DNA of 64,000 nt, from the NCBI GenBank assembly GCA_944320495.1, contig CALUHR010000013.1, positions 256,001 to 320,000 on the forward strand, given 5' to 3'. Origin of the DNA: Candidatus Methanomethylophilaceae archaeon. GTDB lineage: Archaea; Thermoplasmatota; Thermoplasmata; Methanomassiliicoccales; Methanomethylophilaceae. Shown here one piece after another: positions 40,438 to 53,700 of this stretch. The notes under the pieces are model-generated. The model worked only from the letters and a program-made list of their open reading frames with translations, searched no databases and was not told the origin of the DNA. Numbering within the stretch: the first letter of the stretch is position 1; every line of letters starts with the position of its first letter. The position numbers and the translations under genes are program-made.

Positions 40438-40557
40438 GGACCTTGAACCGTCGGCCTTCTTTTTAATCTATCCCGTTGCCGGCGCGGCATCCGCGGGTGC
40501 TCGGAACACCGTTTGCAAAGACTTTTTACCAGGGGACTGTTGGGGTTTCCGATTCAG

Positions 40558-43500
40558 ATGATCGAGCGGGTGGACAGGACATACACCAAGGAAGAGGTAA
40601 TGTCGCTCATGGAGCCACTCATCTCCACGTGGTTCGATGAGAGGTTCGGGGATCTCACCATCCCCCAGGCGAAGGCCATCCCCGTCATCCACCAGAGGCG
40701 CAGCGTGCTCGTATCCTCCCCGACGGGATCGGGCAAGACCCTCACCGCGTTCACCAGCATCATCAATGAGCTCACCCGCTACGCGAGGGAGGGCACCCTC
40801 GAGGAGAGGGTCTACTGCATCTACGTCTCGCCGCTCAAGGCCCTGGCCAACGACGTCAACCGCAACCTGAACGAGCCTCTCGCACAGATGCGCGAGCTCG
40901 CCGCCGAGCGCGGGATGAACGTCCCGGACATACGCGTCGCCGTCCGTTCAGGGGACACGCCCCAGAACGAGAGGCAGAGGATGGTCCGCCATCCGCCGCA
41001 CATCCTCATCACCACCCCGGAGAGCCTGGCGCTGATCCTCTCCGCGCCCAAGTTCAGCGAGGCGTTCAAGAGCGTCGAGTGGGTGATCCTCGACGAGATC
41101 CACGACATCTGCGACTCCAAGAGGGGGGCCTTTCTGTCCCTCACGCTGGAGAGGCTGAGGGAGCACTGCGACAGGGACTTCGTGAGGATCGGGCTCTCCG
41201 CGACCCTGGCCCCCATAGAGTCGATAGCGGCGTACCTGGTCGGGTGCAACCCCGACGGCACGCCCCGCGACGTCGCCCTCATCGAGTCCGGCTCGAAGAA
41301 GCAGCTCGATCTGAAGGTGATCTGCCCCGCGGCAGACATGACCGCGCTGCCCTCGGACATCGTCAACTCGATGATGTACGACATGCTGAAGGAGCTGATC
41401 GACGAGCACGACACGACGCTCGTCTTCACCAACACCCGCTCCGGGGCGGAGAGCGTCGTCTACAAGCTCAAGGAGCGCGGCCTGGAGAGCGTCGAGGTGC
41501 ACCACAGCTCCCTCGGCAAGGAGATCAGGCTCGACGTGGAGGAGAGGCTCAAGCACGGTCAGATCAAGTGCGTGGTGTCCTCCACGTCGCTGGAGCTGGG
41601 CATAGACATCGGGTCCGTGGACCTGGTGTGCCAGATCGGCTCCCCGAAGTCGGTCGCCAAAGGGCTCCAGAGGATAGGCAGGAGCGGGCACAGCTTCGGC
41701 AAGGTGGCCAAGGGCCGCCTGCTGGTGTTCGACCCGGACGACCTCGTGGAGTGCGCGGTCATGTGCCGCGCCGCCCACCGCGGGGACATAGACCGCGTGG
41801 GGATCCCGGAGAACTGCCTGGACGTCCTCTCCCAGACGCTGGTGGGCATGAGCCTGGACCGCAAGTGGGACGTCCGCGAGGCGTACGACCTCGTGAGGGG
41901 GTCCTACTGCTACCGCACGCTCACCGAGCAGAGCTTCACCGAGGTGCTCCGCTACCTGGGCAGCAAGGACGACTTCGAGGGCGTCTACTCCAAGATATGG
42001 TACGACCCGGAGGACGGCCAGTTCGGCAAGAAGAAGGGCTCCAGGATGATCTACTTCATGAACCTGGGCACGATCCCCGAGGAGGCCAACTACCGGGTGG
42101 TGACCAACCACGGCTCCACCGTCGGCGAGCTCTCCGAGAAGTTCGTGGAGAGGCTCTCGCCGAGGGACGTATTCGTCCTCGGGGGGCGCTCGTTCGAGTT
42201 CGTCCGCTCCAAGGGCATGACCGCCTACGTCAAGGAGGCCAGCGGGAGGAAGCCCACCGTGCCCTCCTGGGCCGGCGAGATGCTTCCCCGCAGCTTCGAC
42301 CTGTCCATGGACATAGCCAGGTTCCGCGGGGAGATGGAGTCCGTCATCGGCATGGACGACCGCGAGGCGGTCGCCGGCATCTCCAGGGACTTCGACGTGG
42401 ACGAGGGCTCCGCCAGGAGCATCCTCTCGTACTTCAGGGAGCAGCAGGCCGTCGCGGGCTTCATCCCGGACGCATCCAGGCTCGCCGTGGAGGAGTACAT
42501 CGACCCGTCCGGCAACCAGAAGCTGGTGTTCCACTTCCCGTTCGGGCGCAGGGTCAACGATGCCCTGTCCCGCGCCTACGCCTACAGGCTGACCACGGCC
42601 ATCGGGGCGAACGTCTCCGTGACGATCTCGGACGACAGCTTCATGCTGGGTCTCCCGAGGAAGGTGGACCCGGCCACCGTCCCCGGCATGATACGCTCCG
42701 CGGAGCTGGAGCCCGTGCTGAGGAAGGCCATCCGCGACTCCGAGCTCTTCAAGCTCAGGTTCAGGCACACCGCCTCCCGGAGCTTCATGGTCCTGCGGAA
42801 CTACATGGGCCGCCCGATATCGGTCAACAGGCAGCAGGTCCGCTCTTCCTATCTGCTGGAGGCGATGGGCGACATGGAGAACGTGCCCGTTATCGAGGAG
42901 ACCTACCGCGAGGTACTGGAGGACGACATGGACATCAAGAGCGCCCGCCAGGTGCTGGAGATGATCGAGTCCGGGGAGATGTCCGTGTCCACGATCAGAT
43001 ACACAGGCACCCCGTCCCCGTTCGCCCACTCCGCGATCCTGTCCGGGTTCTCGGACATCGTCCTCATGGAGGACCGCTCCGCACTGCTCAGGGAGCTCCA
43101 CCGGAAGGTCCTGTACCGTGCGCTGGGCGACACCGTGGGCGAGTTCGAGTTCACAGAGGACCAGATAGTCCCGTATTTCGCGCAGAAGCCCCCGAGGGCC
43201 GCGTGCAGGGAGGACATCCCGAAGCTGCTGGCCGTCACCGGTCCGCTGCAGGCCCTGAGGCAGAGGGGCAGGAACGTGTACGCATACACGGACGCCGACA
43301 AGGCGACGGTGGACGGCTGGATACGCGACCTCATCAACGACGGCACCCTCGGGACCGTGTACCTCGACGAGACCCACGTCATGCTGGCGTCGGAGATCCC
43401 GTACTACGCGGCGGCCACGAGGAAGGACAGGACCCTGAACGAGACGGACAGGGACGTGCTGTCCCGCATCGGGGACCGCACCCCGCTCTCCGAGGTCGCG

Positions 43501-45936
43501 TCCGAGCTGGAGATCAGCGATGACAAGGCCTACCGCTCGTCCAGGAAGCTCGAGTCCATGTACCTGGTCGCCAGGACCGAGATAACCGGGAACAACCGCT
43601 GGCTCTACTCCCGTGCCGAGTATCCGGAGACGGACCGCTCCGCGGCGATAGACCGCATAGTGCTCCGCTACCTGGAGTGCTTCGCCCCCGCCACCGTGCA
43701 GGAGGTCGCCTACGCGCTCTCGCTGGAGGATTCGGAGGCGAGGAGCTCCCTCGAGTCGCTGTGCGCCGAGGAGGAGGTCGTCAAGGGACGCTTCCTGATC
43801 TCCGAGAGCGACCAGTACATGCTGAAGATAGACCACATGCGCCTGAGGGCCGGCAAGGACAACGTGTTCGACTACGAGTCCGTGGAGCGCCACCGCCTGA
43901 CCAAGGGCGAGAGGTTCGGGTCCATCCGCGAGTACTTCGAGTTCTACGGCTCCGCCGGCAGCGAGCTGGACGTGTACCAGAGGGTGGACGGATTCAGCCT
44001 CGCAGAGTGGCAGGGCATGCGCAGGTCCGGGGAGATCCTCCTCGGCAGGTTCGTCAGGGGCAGGGTCAGATTCGTCCTCCGCGAGGACGCGGACAGGTTC
44101 GCGGCGTTCCGCCACGACGAGACCCAGCCCGGGGACGAGAGGGTGACCGAGGCGATAGGGAGGCTCGGACGTGCGACGTTCAGACAGCTCATCGCGGCCA
44201 CCGGCATGGAGAAGGACGCCCTCAAGGAGGCGGTGCTCAGGGTGGACCGCTCGCTCAAGGTCATCCGCGACTTCGACGACAGGGAGGACTGGGGTACCGA
44301 GAACACCTACGCCCTGTACGAGCCCGGGGTTCCGGAGGGGGACCCGGCGCTGGACCTGACCGAGAGGGCGATACGCGCCTACGGCCCGGTGCCGTCCGGG
44401 TCCATGAGGTTCATAACGGGGCTGTCCGCGGAGGAGACCGAGGCGGCCGCCGCCAGGATAGGCGCGGAGACCATCCTGGTGGGCGAGGGCCAGAGTCCGA
44501 TGCTCGTGATGCATGACGAGGTCCAGCTCCTGGAGCGCGTGCCCGAGCAGGAGTTCCCGGTCAGGGTGCTGTCGCTCTCCGATCCCGACATCGGGTCCAA
44601 ATGGGCCGAGATAACGTCCCGCTACGGGGACAGGCTGGTCTACCCTCTGGCCAGGGGCGACACCGTCGTCGGCGCCCTGGAGATGTGGGAGATGGCGGGG
44701 GTCATAGACATCCGCGGCATGGACATGGACTCGCCGGGGATGCTCCCGGAGGTCCTCGAGGCGGTGGACGTCATCATGGGGTTCTACAGGCAGAAGGGCA
44801 TGGAGATCGTGCGCATCCGCGAGGTCCTCGGCAAGGACGCCGCCGATCTCGACGAGGGGACGGTCGCCGTCCTCGTCTCCCACGGATACCACGAGGTCAA
44901 CGGATTCTACGCCAAGGGAAGGTTCTCCCCGTGGACCGTGCCCGGGGAGCTCCTCACGGCCCTGGCCATCAGGAGGCAGGGCGTCCCGCGCATGGACCGC
45001 CTTCCCGATGCGGCCGCGCTCCTCGAGGCTCGCGGGTACATCCGCGGGGACCAGGAGCTGCCGATCCGCGTGAGGGACCAGTCCAGCCTGAAGAAGCAGC
45101 TAGAGGGCACGGGGGCGGTGAAGACCGCGCTCCTCCCGTCGTACATGGGCTACGCCAGCCCCGCGGAGGCGTCGCTCTACCGCGCGGCCAAGTCGATCAA
45201 GCTCAGCGAGCCGGCGAAGACCGTGCTCGGCATCATACGCAAGTCCGGGGCGGCGTCGAAGAAGAGGCTTGTCATGGACTCCCCCTACTCGGACGACCTG
45301 ACCTCCGACGCCATATCGGAGCTGGTCCGCGGGACCGTCATCGGCCAGGGCGCCGATTCAATGTACGTCGAGATACCGGATTCCGGCATGGGCCGCCACG
45401 AGGCCCTCATGGAAGTAGCCCGCAGGCACTTCGCCGGTTTCGGTTCGTTCTCCGCGGACATCATTTCCGGGTTCCTCGAGTGCAGGATGCCCGAGACGCG
45501 CGCGGTGCTCGCAGACCTCGAGGACGAGGGGTTCCTCCAGAAGGGGTTCTTCGCCGAGGGCGACCCGACCCTCAGGTGGATGAGGTCCGAGGACGTCGGC
45601 AGGGAGCCCCGCGGGTTCGCCGAGGCTTTTGTCCTTAACACCCAGGACAACCTGAGCCTTTACCTCCGCGAGATGATCAAGGGCCACTGCGAGTCGGCCA
45701 GGTCCGTGGTGATGCAGGGTCCGGCCATCATCGGCTCGTTCAAGGGCAAGATTTGCCCCTCCGGCGCGAAGGTGGAGGAGTTCGAGGGCAACGACCGCGC
45801 ATCCAGGGTGATCAAGGAGACAGCCCAGGCCTGCGGCGTCAGGCTGGAGACCCAGAGGCAGCGCGAGGACGACGACTGGGACGTGTCGGAGTTCTACACG
45901 AAGCTGAACCTGGGGTCGAGGCTGGACCGCCACCGA
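40558..45936 (+). CDS. lhr: Lhr-like DEAD/DEAH helicase with a long C-terminal extension (about 1790 aa)
   Basis: PTGSGKT, DEIH, SAT, STSLELGID, QRIGRSGH, PFGRRVN. First CGA seen at 45934-45936; standard-code end 45948. Confidence 0.9.
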
Positions 45937-45988
45937 GGGCGCAGTTAACGGCCTTAACTCTTTATAGGCCGACGGGGATTATCCGCCG

Positions 45989-46372
45989 ATGAAGATACCG
46001 TGCGAGATCGTCGTCTGGCAGGTCCTGCCGCTCATCCGCAGGGAGCTCGCCAAGGAGCTGGTCCAGGTCCACAGGCTCTCCCAGGCCGAGGTCGCCAGGA
46101 GGTTCGGCGTGACCGATGCGGCCGTCTCGCAGTATCTGACCAAGAAGCGCGGCGGCGAGTACTCGGACAGTCCCAGCTATCCCGACTTCATCAAGGCGGT
46201 CTCCGATTCCGCGGCCGCGATCGCCAACGGCGCCGAGGTCTCCGAGGAGGTCTGCAGACTGTGCATCGTCGTCAAGCGCTGCGGCCTGCTGTCGGAGATC
46301 TACCACGAGCAGACCGGCGCGTATCCCCCGAAGTGCGCGGGCGCGTACGTCAGGGAGTCCGTCGACTCGCGA
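45989..46372 (+). CDS. Archaeal HTH transcriptional regulator (COG2522-like)
   Basis: MKIPCEIVVWQVLPLIRRELA...LSQAEVARRFGVTDAAVSQY; CGA(46370-46372) directly followed by TGA. Confidence 0.85.
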
Positions 46373-47162
46373 TGAACTTGCTGTGATAGAGGAACTCCTG
46401 AGCGTATCCAGCATAGCGTCCGAACCTCTCGCGTCCGAAGGCGGACACCTTCGCATAGGAGCCGGACACGCCGTACATCTCCTCCACAACCTTCTGGATC
46501 CTCACGTCGACGGGGAACGCCTCCAGATGCCCGTACCCGAATATGGCTACACAGTCCGCCACCTTGGGGCCCACGCCCTTAATCCCGATGAGCTCGCGGA
46601 CGCATCCCTCGTAGTCCAGTTCCGAGATGGCCACGGGGTCGATCTCGCCGTCCTCGACGCGCCGTGCCAGCTCTATGAACCTGCCCTCCCTGAACCCGAG
46701 CCTGCAGGACGGTATCCGCTCCGCGTTGTCCAGGATGTCCTTCGGCGAGGGGAAGGCGTGCCTTCCGCCGAGGTCCCTGCCGCATGCGTCACAGACCGAT
46801 TCCACCATCTTGCCGATCCTCGCGACGTTGGCGTTCGTCGCCAGCAGGTACGTGGCGAGACACTCCCACTCGTCCTGCTTCAGGATGCGGAGCCCAGGGC
46901 AGTGCTCCGACAGGGATGCCACGTATGGGTCCCTCTCGGAGATCTCGCGGACGATGGCGTCTAGGTCGTCCTCGGAGCGGAAGTAGCGCATCAGGCGCCC
47001 CATGTCGGAGCATCCCTCGACCTCCGCTCCGTAGTCGGTCTGCCTCATGCGGACGATGTCGTTGTCGATCACACCCTCCCACCATTCGCCGGTCCTCCTC
47101 CAGCGGTGGGCCTGACCGCATCCGAGGGTCGGGTCCAGCGAGACGTCCATCTCCATCCTCAT
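46362..47162 (-). CDS. 8-oxoguanine DNA glycosylase (OGG1/AlkA HhH-GPD family)
   Basis: TLGCGQAHRW, LRILKQDEWECL, GIKGVGPKVADC, FPVD, YAGYAQEFLY. First CGA at 46364-46362; standard-code end 46350. Confidence 0.9.
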
Positions 47163-47212
47163 GTCCCGGGCATCGGCGATTCCACATATAATGCGTCGAC
47201 CATCCGGGTGCC

Positions 47213-48028
47213 ATGAGATTCGGACCGGCAGGTTACCCCTCGGCGGGCAAGACCCCCGAGAAGGCGCTGGAGTACACCCGGGGCCTGGGCCTGGACGCCC
47301 TGGAGGTTGAGTTCGTCCGCGGGGCCCGCATCAAGCCCGAGAGGGCGGACGAGATCGGCGCCAAGGCGAGGGAGCTGGACATAAGGCTCAGCTGCCATGC
47401 GCCCTACTTCATCAGCTTCAACTCCGAGAGCCAGGAGACCAGGGACAAGAGCATCGACTGGGTCATGGGCACCGTGCGCGCGGCCCACCACCTTGGCGCT
47501 TACATCATCGTGATCCACGCCGCGTCGTACGGGAAGTCCCCGGACACCGCGCTGCAGTCTGTCGTCGACGGTCTCTCCAGGTGCAGGGACCTGATGGACG
47601 ACGAGGGCATCCACGACGTCATACTGGGCGTGGAGACCATGGGCAAGACCGGCCAGTTCGGCACTCTCGACGAGATCGGCAAGGTCATGGAGCAGGTGGA
47701 CGGGGTCCGCCCGGTGCTCGACGTGGCGCACGTCCACGCCCGCGGCAGGGGCTGCCTCAGGACCGAGGACGACATGAGGTCGCTGGTCGACCAGTTCTTC
47801 GGCCTCTGCGGGGACATAGCGCACTTCCACATCAGCTGCATCAAGTACGGCGACAAGGGGGAGATATCACACCTGCCCCTGGAGACCAAGGAGCCGGACC
47901 TGCAGATCCTGGCGGACATCCTGGAGGATTCGAGGCAGGACTGCACGTTCATCTGCGAGTCCCCGCTCATCGAGAAGGACGCGGTCGTGTTCAGGGACAT
48001 GTTCCCGAGGTACAGGGTGAGCCCATGA
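47213..48028 (+). CDS. nfo: Endonuclease IV-like (Nfo) TIM barrel
   Basis: LEVEFVRG, CHAPYFI, LGVETMGKTGQFG, LDVAHVHAR, HFHISCI, CESP. Confidence 0.88.
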   Translation: MRFGPAGYPSAGKTPEKALEYTRGLGLDALEVEFVRGARIKPERADEIGAKARELDIRLSCHAPYFISFNSESQETRDKSIDWVMGTVRAAHHLGAYIIVIHAASYGKSPDTALQSVVDGLSRCRDLMDDEGIHDVILGVETMGKTGQFGTLDEIGKVMEQVDGVRPVLDVAHVHARGRGCLRTEDDMRSLVDQFFGLCGDIAHFHISCIKYGDKGEISHLPLETKEPDLQILADILEDSRQDCTFICESPLIEKDAVVFRDMFPRYRVSP

Positions 48029-48996
48029 AGGCGGGGAACGCATCGATCATGGCAGTGGCCGCCGTCGTTGCGGCGGCCTGCCTCCTGTTCTCTTGGGCGT
48101 ATCTCGACGATTCCGTATCAGACGACGATGCTGAGCGGGGGACCTTCGACGGCACGTGGTATCCCGTGTACGAGAGCAGCGTCGGGGACGATGTCGTGAT
48201 CTCGGAGCCCGAGATGCTCTTCGCGACCGACAACGGCCATGTCGTCACCCTCACGGACGGCGAGTCGACCCTGGAGTACGTCAAGATATCCGACCGCGAG
48301 GCCGTGGGCTCCAGCTACGCATCACAGCTGTATCTGGAGGACGGTGTGCTGTACATGGTCTACATCTCCGCGGACCCCGACATTCCGGGCATGCTCTACA
48401 TCGCGATGAGCCAGGACCCGGATGCGGATGTGGGTCTCGCGGAACCGGACCTTATAGGCCTCTCGTGGGACGTCGAGGTCCGCAGCACCAATGGGGACGA
48501 TGTCCGCGATGCGAGGGCCGGCAATATCGAGATCACGGACCACACGGACAGGATCGCCAGCGGCACCGTCTCGGTCGAGGACTCCGGCAGCAAGCAGTTC
48601 TCCGCCTTCGTCAAAGAGGGGGCCGACAGGACGGTCCTGGTCGGGTACATGGGGGACTCCGCGGACTGCAGGCTGTTCAGTTGCGTCATCGAGGGCGGGG
48701 AGGTCATGCTCTCCACCATAGGGGACGACCCCATGACCGGCATCGCCAGCTTCGCCTCGTCCTCCGTATTCCCGGAGACACCCTCCGGGCACATGGCCGT
48801 CGAGACGTCCGAAGGCGTCCTCGATGTGGCCGTCGCCGGCGACCGCGGGCTGTTCACGATGGACCTGGGGGCCTTCGGCGTGCCCGGCGTCCTGACATGG
48901 TCCCTCGAGGGGGAGTACGTCCTGTCCGGATCCGGATCGCTGGCACTCTGGAACGGCGACGGATACTCGCTGGTCGTCAACAACATGGTCCGCTGA
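48025..48996 (+). CDS. Hypothetical N-terminally anchored acidic beta-rich protein
   Basis: ATGA overlap with nfo; N-terminal hydrophobic segment; host-like codon usage. Confidence 0.65.
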   Translation: MKAGNASIMAVAAVVAAACLLFSWAYLDDSVSDDDAERGTFDGTWYPVYESSVGDDVVISEPEMLFATDNGHVVTLTDGESTLEYVKISDREAVGSSYASQLYLEDGVLYMVYISADPDIPGMLYIAMSQDPDADVGLAEPDLIGLSWDVEVRSTNGDDVRDARAGNIEITDHTDRIASGTVSVEDSGSKQFSAFVKEGADRTVLVGYMGDSADCRLFSCVIEGGEVMLSTIGDDPMTGIASFASSSVFPETPSGHMAVETSEGVLDVAVAGDRGLFTMDLGAFGVPGVLTWSLEGEYVLSGSGSLALWNGDGYSLVVNNMVR

Positions 48997-49065
48997 CCGC
49001 CCGGCGGGCCATCCGCCCGTCCGGGTCAACCATTTTTATAGGGGGATTCTTTCCCCACATCCATT

Positions 49066-49140
49066 GCCACTGTGGCTCAGCGGTAGAGCGGCGGTTTCGT
49101 AAACCGTAGGCCGGGGGTTCGATCCCCTCCAGTGGCTCCA
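49066..49140 (+). tRNA. tRNA-Thr (CGT)
   Basis: Acceptor gccactg/cagtggc; anticodon arm gcggt-ttCGTaa-accgt; T arm ggggg-ttcgatc-ccctc; encoded CCA; TTTTTATA upstream. Confidence 0.95.
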
Positions 49141-49252
49141 TCCATCTTCTGATTCATCGGTCATAGGTTCGCTCGGCACTCCCGTCATCCGATGCGCCGA
49201 TCCGGAGCCCATCGCTGCGAACCTTAAATCCGGTCCCGCGGTGTGACGCGGT

Positions 49253-49708
49253 ATGAAGCTCGCAGAGGCATTGAAGCTCAGAGCCGACCTCAACACGCGT
49301 CTCAGCAGGTTGAAGGTCAGGCTGGTCGCCAATTCTAAGGTGCAGGAGGGGGACTCGCCGAGCGAGGACCCGGGGGAGCTCCTCACCGAGCTCGACGAGG
49401 TCACCGGACAGCTGGAGGAGCTCATCTGGAGGATCAACACCACCAACAGCAGGACCGTCGACGCCGAGGGGAGGACGCTGACGCAGCTCATCGCGAGACG
49501 CGACGTCCTCATGCTGAAGGAGGGCGCCCTGAGGGACCTCCTCAACAGTGCCAGCAACAGGATAGACAGATACTCCCGCAACGAGATCGCGATCCACAGC
49601 ACCGTGGACGTCCGCGAGCTCAGGCGCAGGGCCGACGCCCTGTCGGCGGAGATCAGGAGGACCGACAACACGATCCAGGAGCTCAACTGGACGACGGAAC
49701 TCGAGTGA
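49253..49708 (+). CDS. DIP1984 family protein
   Basis: MKLAEAL..RADL..R...L..R...N.KVQEG..P.EDP...RIN.TN...LIARRD...IQELNWTTEL family signature. Confidence 0.88.
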   Translation: MKLAEALKLRADLNTRLSRLKVRLVANSKVQEGDSPSEDPGELLTELDEVTGQLEELIWRINTTNSRTVDAEGRTLTQLIARRDVLMLKEGALRDLLNSASNRIDRYSRNEIAIHSTVDVRELRRRADALSAEIRRTDNTIQELNWTTELE

Positions 49709-49903
49709 TGCGGGCAGGTAGTCCACGGGGCGGACGCAGAACCGCCGCGGGTTGAAGCGGACGTGATGCTATGTCACAGGTGGTGCCGAGGGATGGCAGT
49801 CTCAACCGTTGTTCCCGGATCGTCACAAGCGCACGGCTCACCGTTATCGTTACCACCATGCGTCGACCGTAGGACGAGGGCGGGTGAGGGGAACCCGCAT
49901 CAC
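49705..49903 (+). ncRNA. Candidate structured RNA in the DIP1984 3' region
   Basis: Closed by a perfect 10-bp inverted repeat, gtgatgcggg(49705-49714) / cccgcatcac(49894-49903); no credible ORF; function unknown. Confidence 0.4.
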
Positions 49904-49912
49904 ATCACGATC

Positions 49913-51214
49913 TCAGCAGTCCTCGCGCTTCCCGTCGTCGTCCTTCCTCATGTAGGTGTTGACGATCTTGATGGCGCAGACGTCGCCGCACATGGAGCAG
50001 CCCTCGCTCTCCTCGGTGCAGCCCCTGCAGCGGTACCTGCGGGCCTTCTCCTCGTCGATGCAGGTGTCGAACATGGTGTTCCAGTCCAGCGCCTTCCTCG
50101 CACGGGCCATCCTCGTGTCCCTCTCGCGGCCGATGCCCCTGCAGAGGTCCCCGACATGGGCGGCGATCTTCGATGCGATGACGCCCTCCCTGACGTCGTC
50201 GACGTCGGGGAGTGAAAGGTGCTCCGCAGGCGTGAGGTAGCAGAGGAAGTCGGCGCCGTTCTGGGCCGCCACGGCCCCGCCGATGGCGCCCACGATGTGG
50301 TCGTATCCGGGCGCGATGTCGGTCACAAGCGGCCCTAGGACGTAGAACGGGGCGCCGTGGCACATGCGCTTCTCCAGCTGCATGTTCATGGCCACCTGGT
50401 CCAGGGGCACGTGCCCGGGCCCCTCGACCATGGTCTGGACGCCCGCCTCGCGGGCCCTCTCGACGAGGTGCCCAAGGGTCATGAGCTCGCTGATCTGCGC
50501 CTGGTCGGATGCGTCGTCTATGCACCCGGGCCTGAACCCGTCGCCGAGCGAGAGGGTGAACTCGTACTTCCTGGCCATCTCCAGGAGGTAGTCGTAGTTC
50601 CTGTAGAGGGGGTTCTCCTCGTCGTTGTGGAGGATCCACGCGGTGAGGAAGGACCCGCCCCTGGAGACGACGTCGGTGATCCTGGGGGATTTGCTGAGCC
50701 ACTTGACGGTCTCCCTGGTGATGCCGCAGTGGACGGTCATGAAGTCCATACCGTCCTTGGCGTGCCTCTCGATGCCGTTGAAGATGTCGTCCTCGGTCAT
50801 CTCGACGACCGCGTTCCTCCTCGCCGCTGTCAGACCGGTCTGGTAGATAGGGACGGAGCCCATCATCACGGGGCACTCCCCCAGGAGCCTGGCCCTGATG
50901 GCGTCGACGTCCCCACCGGTGCTGAGGTCCATCACGGCGTCCGCGCCGTACTTCAGCGCGACCTGCAGCTTCTGGAGCTCCGCGTCCAGGTCGACGATGT
51001 CCCTGGATGTGCCGAGGTTCACGTTGATCTTGACGGACAGCCCCTCGCCTATCGCGGCCGGTTCGGGGTCGTGGACGGGGTTGTGGGGCGCGCAGATGCG
51101 TCCGGAGGCGATGCCCCTGCAGATGAACTCGGGGCTGACACCCTCCCTCTCGGCAATGCTCCTCATCAGAGGGGTGATCTCCCCTCTGCGGGCGGTCTCC
51201 ATGATGGTGCTCAT
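49913..51214 (-). CDS. thiC: Phosphomethylpyrimidine synthase ThiC
   Basis: KINVNLGTS, VMDLSTG, DFMTVHCG, SRGGS, SLGDGFRPG, EGPGH, YLTPAEHL, CSMCG. Confidence 0.96.
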   Translation of the reverse strand: MSTIMETARRGEITPLMRSIAEREGVSPEFICRGIASGRICAPHNPVHDPEPAAIGEGLSVKINVNLGTSRDIVDLDAELQKLQVALKYGADAVMDLSTGGDVDAIRARLLGECPVMMGSVPIYQTGLTAARRNAVVEMTEDDIFNGIERHAKDGMDFMTVHCGITRETVKWLSKSPRITDVVSRGGSFLTAWILHNDEENPLYRNYDYLLEMARKYEFTLSLGDGFRPGCIDDASDQAQISELMTLGHLVERAREAGVQTMVEGPGHVPLDQVAMNMQLEKRMCHGAPFYVLGPLVTDIAPGYDHIVGAIGGAVAAQNGADFLCYLTPAEHLSLPDVDDVREGVIASKIAAHVGDLCRGIGRERDTRMARARKALDWNTMFDTCIDEEKARRYRCRGCTEESEGCSMCGDVCAIKIVNTYMRKDDDGKREDC

Positions 51215-51295
51215 TTGGAATCGGCCCTCCGCATCGTTCCATCAGCGTTAATAGTCACCGTATCGTAGGGCGTCGTCACGTTCGATCCGACGTTC

Positions 51296-51682
51296 ATGTT
51301 TTGCCTGATATGTTGTGTTCCGCCGTCACTCAGGCGTATATGGTGGGTGCTGGTGTCTCTGGACCAGCTTTATCACGGCTCGAACTGGGCGATGATGTAC
51401 GGCAACATCGGCATACTGAACCAGATGTTCCTGGAATTCCTCGTCGCCACGGTGTACTCCGAGATCCAGAGGGTCCTGGCGGAGAACGGGATCGATATGA
51501 GCGCCCGGGATGCGATCTATGCGGCATCCCAGGTGGAACTCGTCATGACGCTCGCCGGAAACCTCAGGAGCGGTGTGGACAGGAGTGCGGACAGGATAAT
51601 GCGGGCGTTTGGTATAGACGTCTTCGCGATTCTCTCATCCGAGCTCGTCAGGAAGGTCGACACGTACAGATCCGCATCGTGA
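51296..51682 (+). pseudogene. Possible C-terminal transposase remnant (IS4/IS1634-like)
   Basis: GILNQMFLEFLVATVYSEIQRVL...MSARDAI resembles the post-catalytic helices of IS1634-type transposases by recollection; atypical codon usage; no DDE core or IRs seen. Confidence 0.3.
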
Positions 51683-51758
51683 ACCATCCTTTCAATCCGT
51701 CCGAGGTCCATGACTGATGTCGCATAATAACGCGCACGCGCACGCGCGTATTATATAG

Positions 51759-53696
<1,938 letters not shown>

Positions 53697-53700
53697 TACC

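Noticed and set aside
49066-49140. tRNA with a TCG anticodon relevant to CGA decoding
   Set aside because: The 7-nt loop ttcgtaa places CGT at positions 34-36, so this is an ordinary tRNA-Thr.
51215-51300. TPP riboswitch upstream of thiC
   Set aside because: The conserved GCUGAGA and CUGAU...UAAU...GCG cores are not present.
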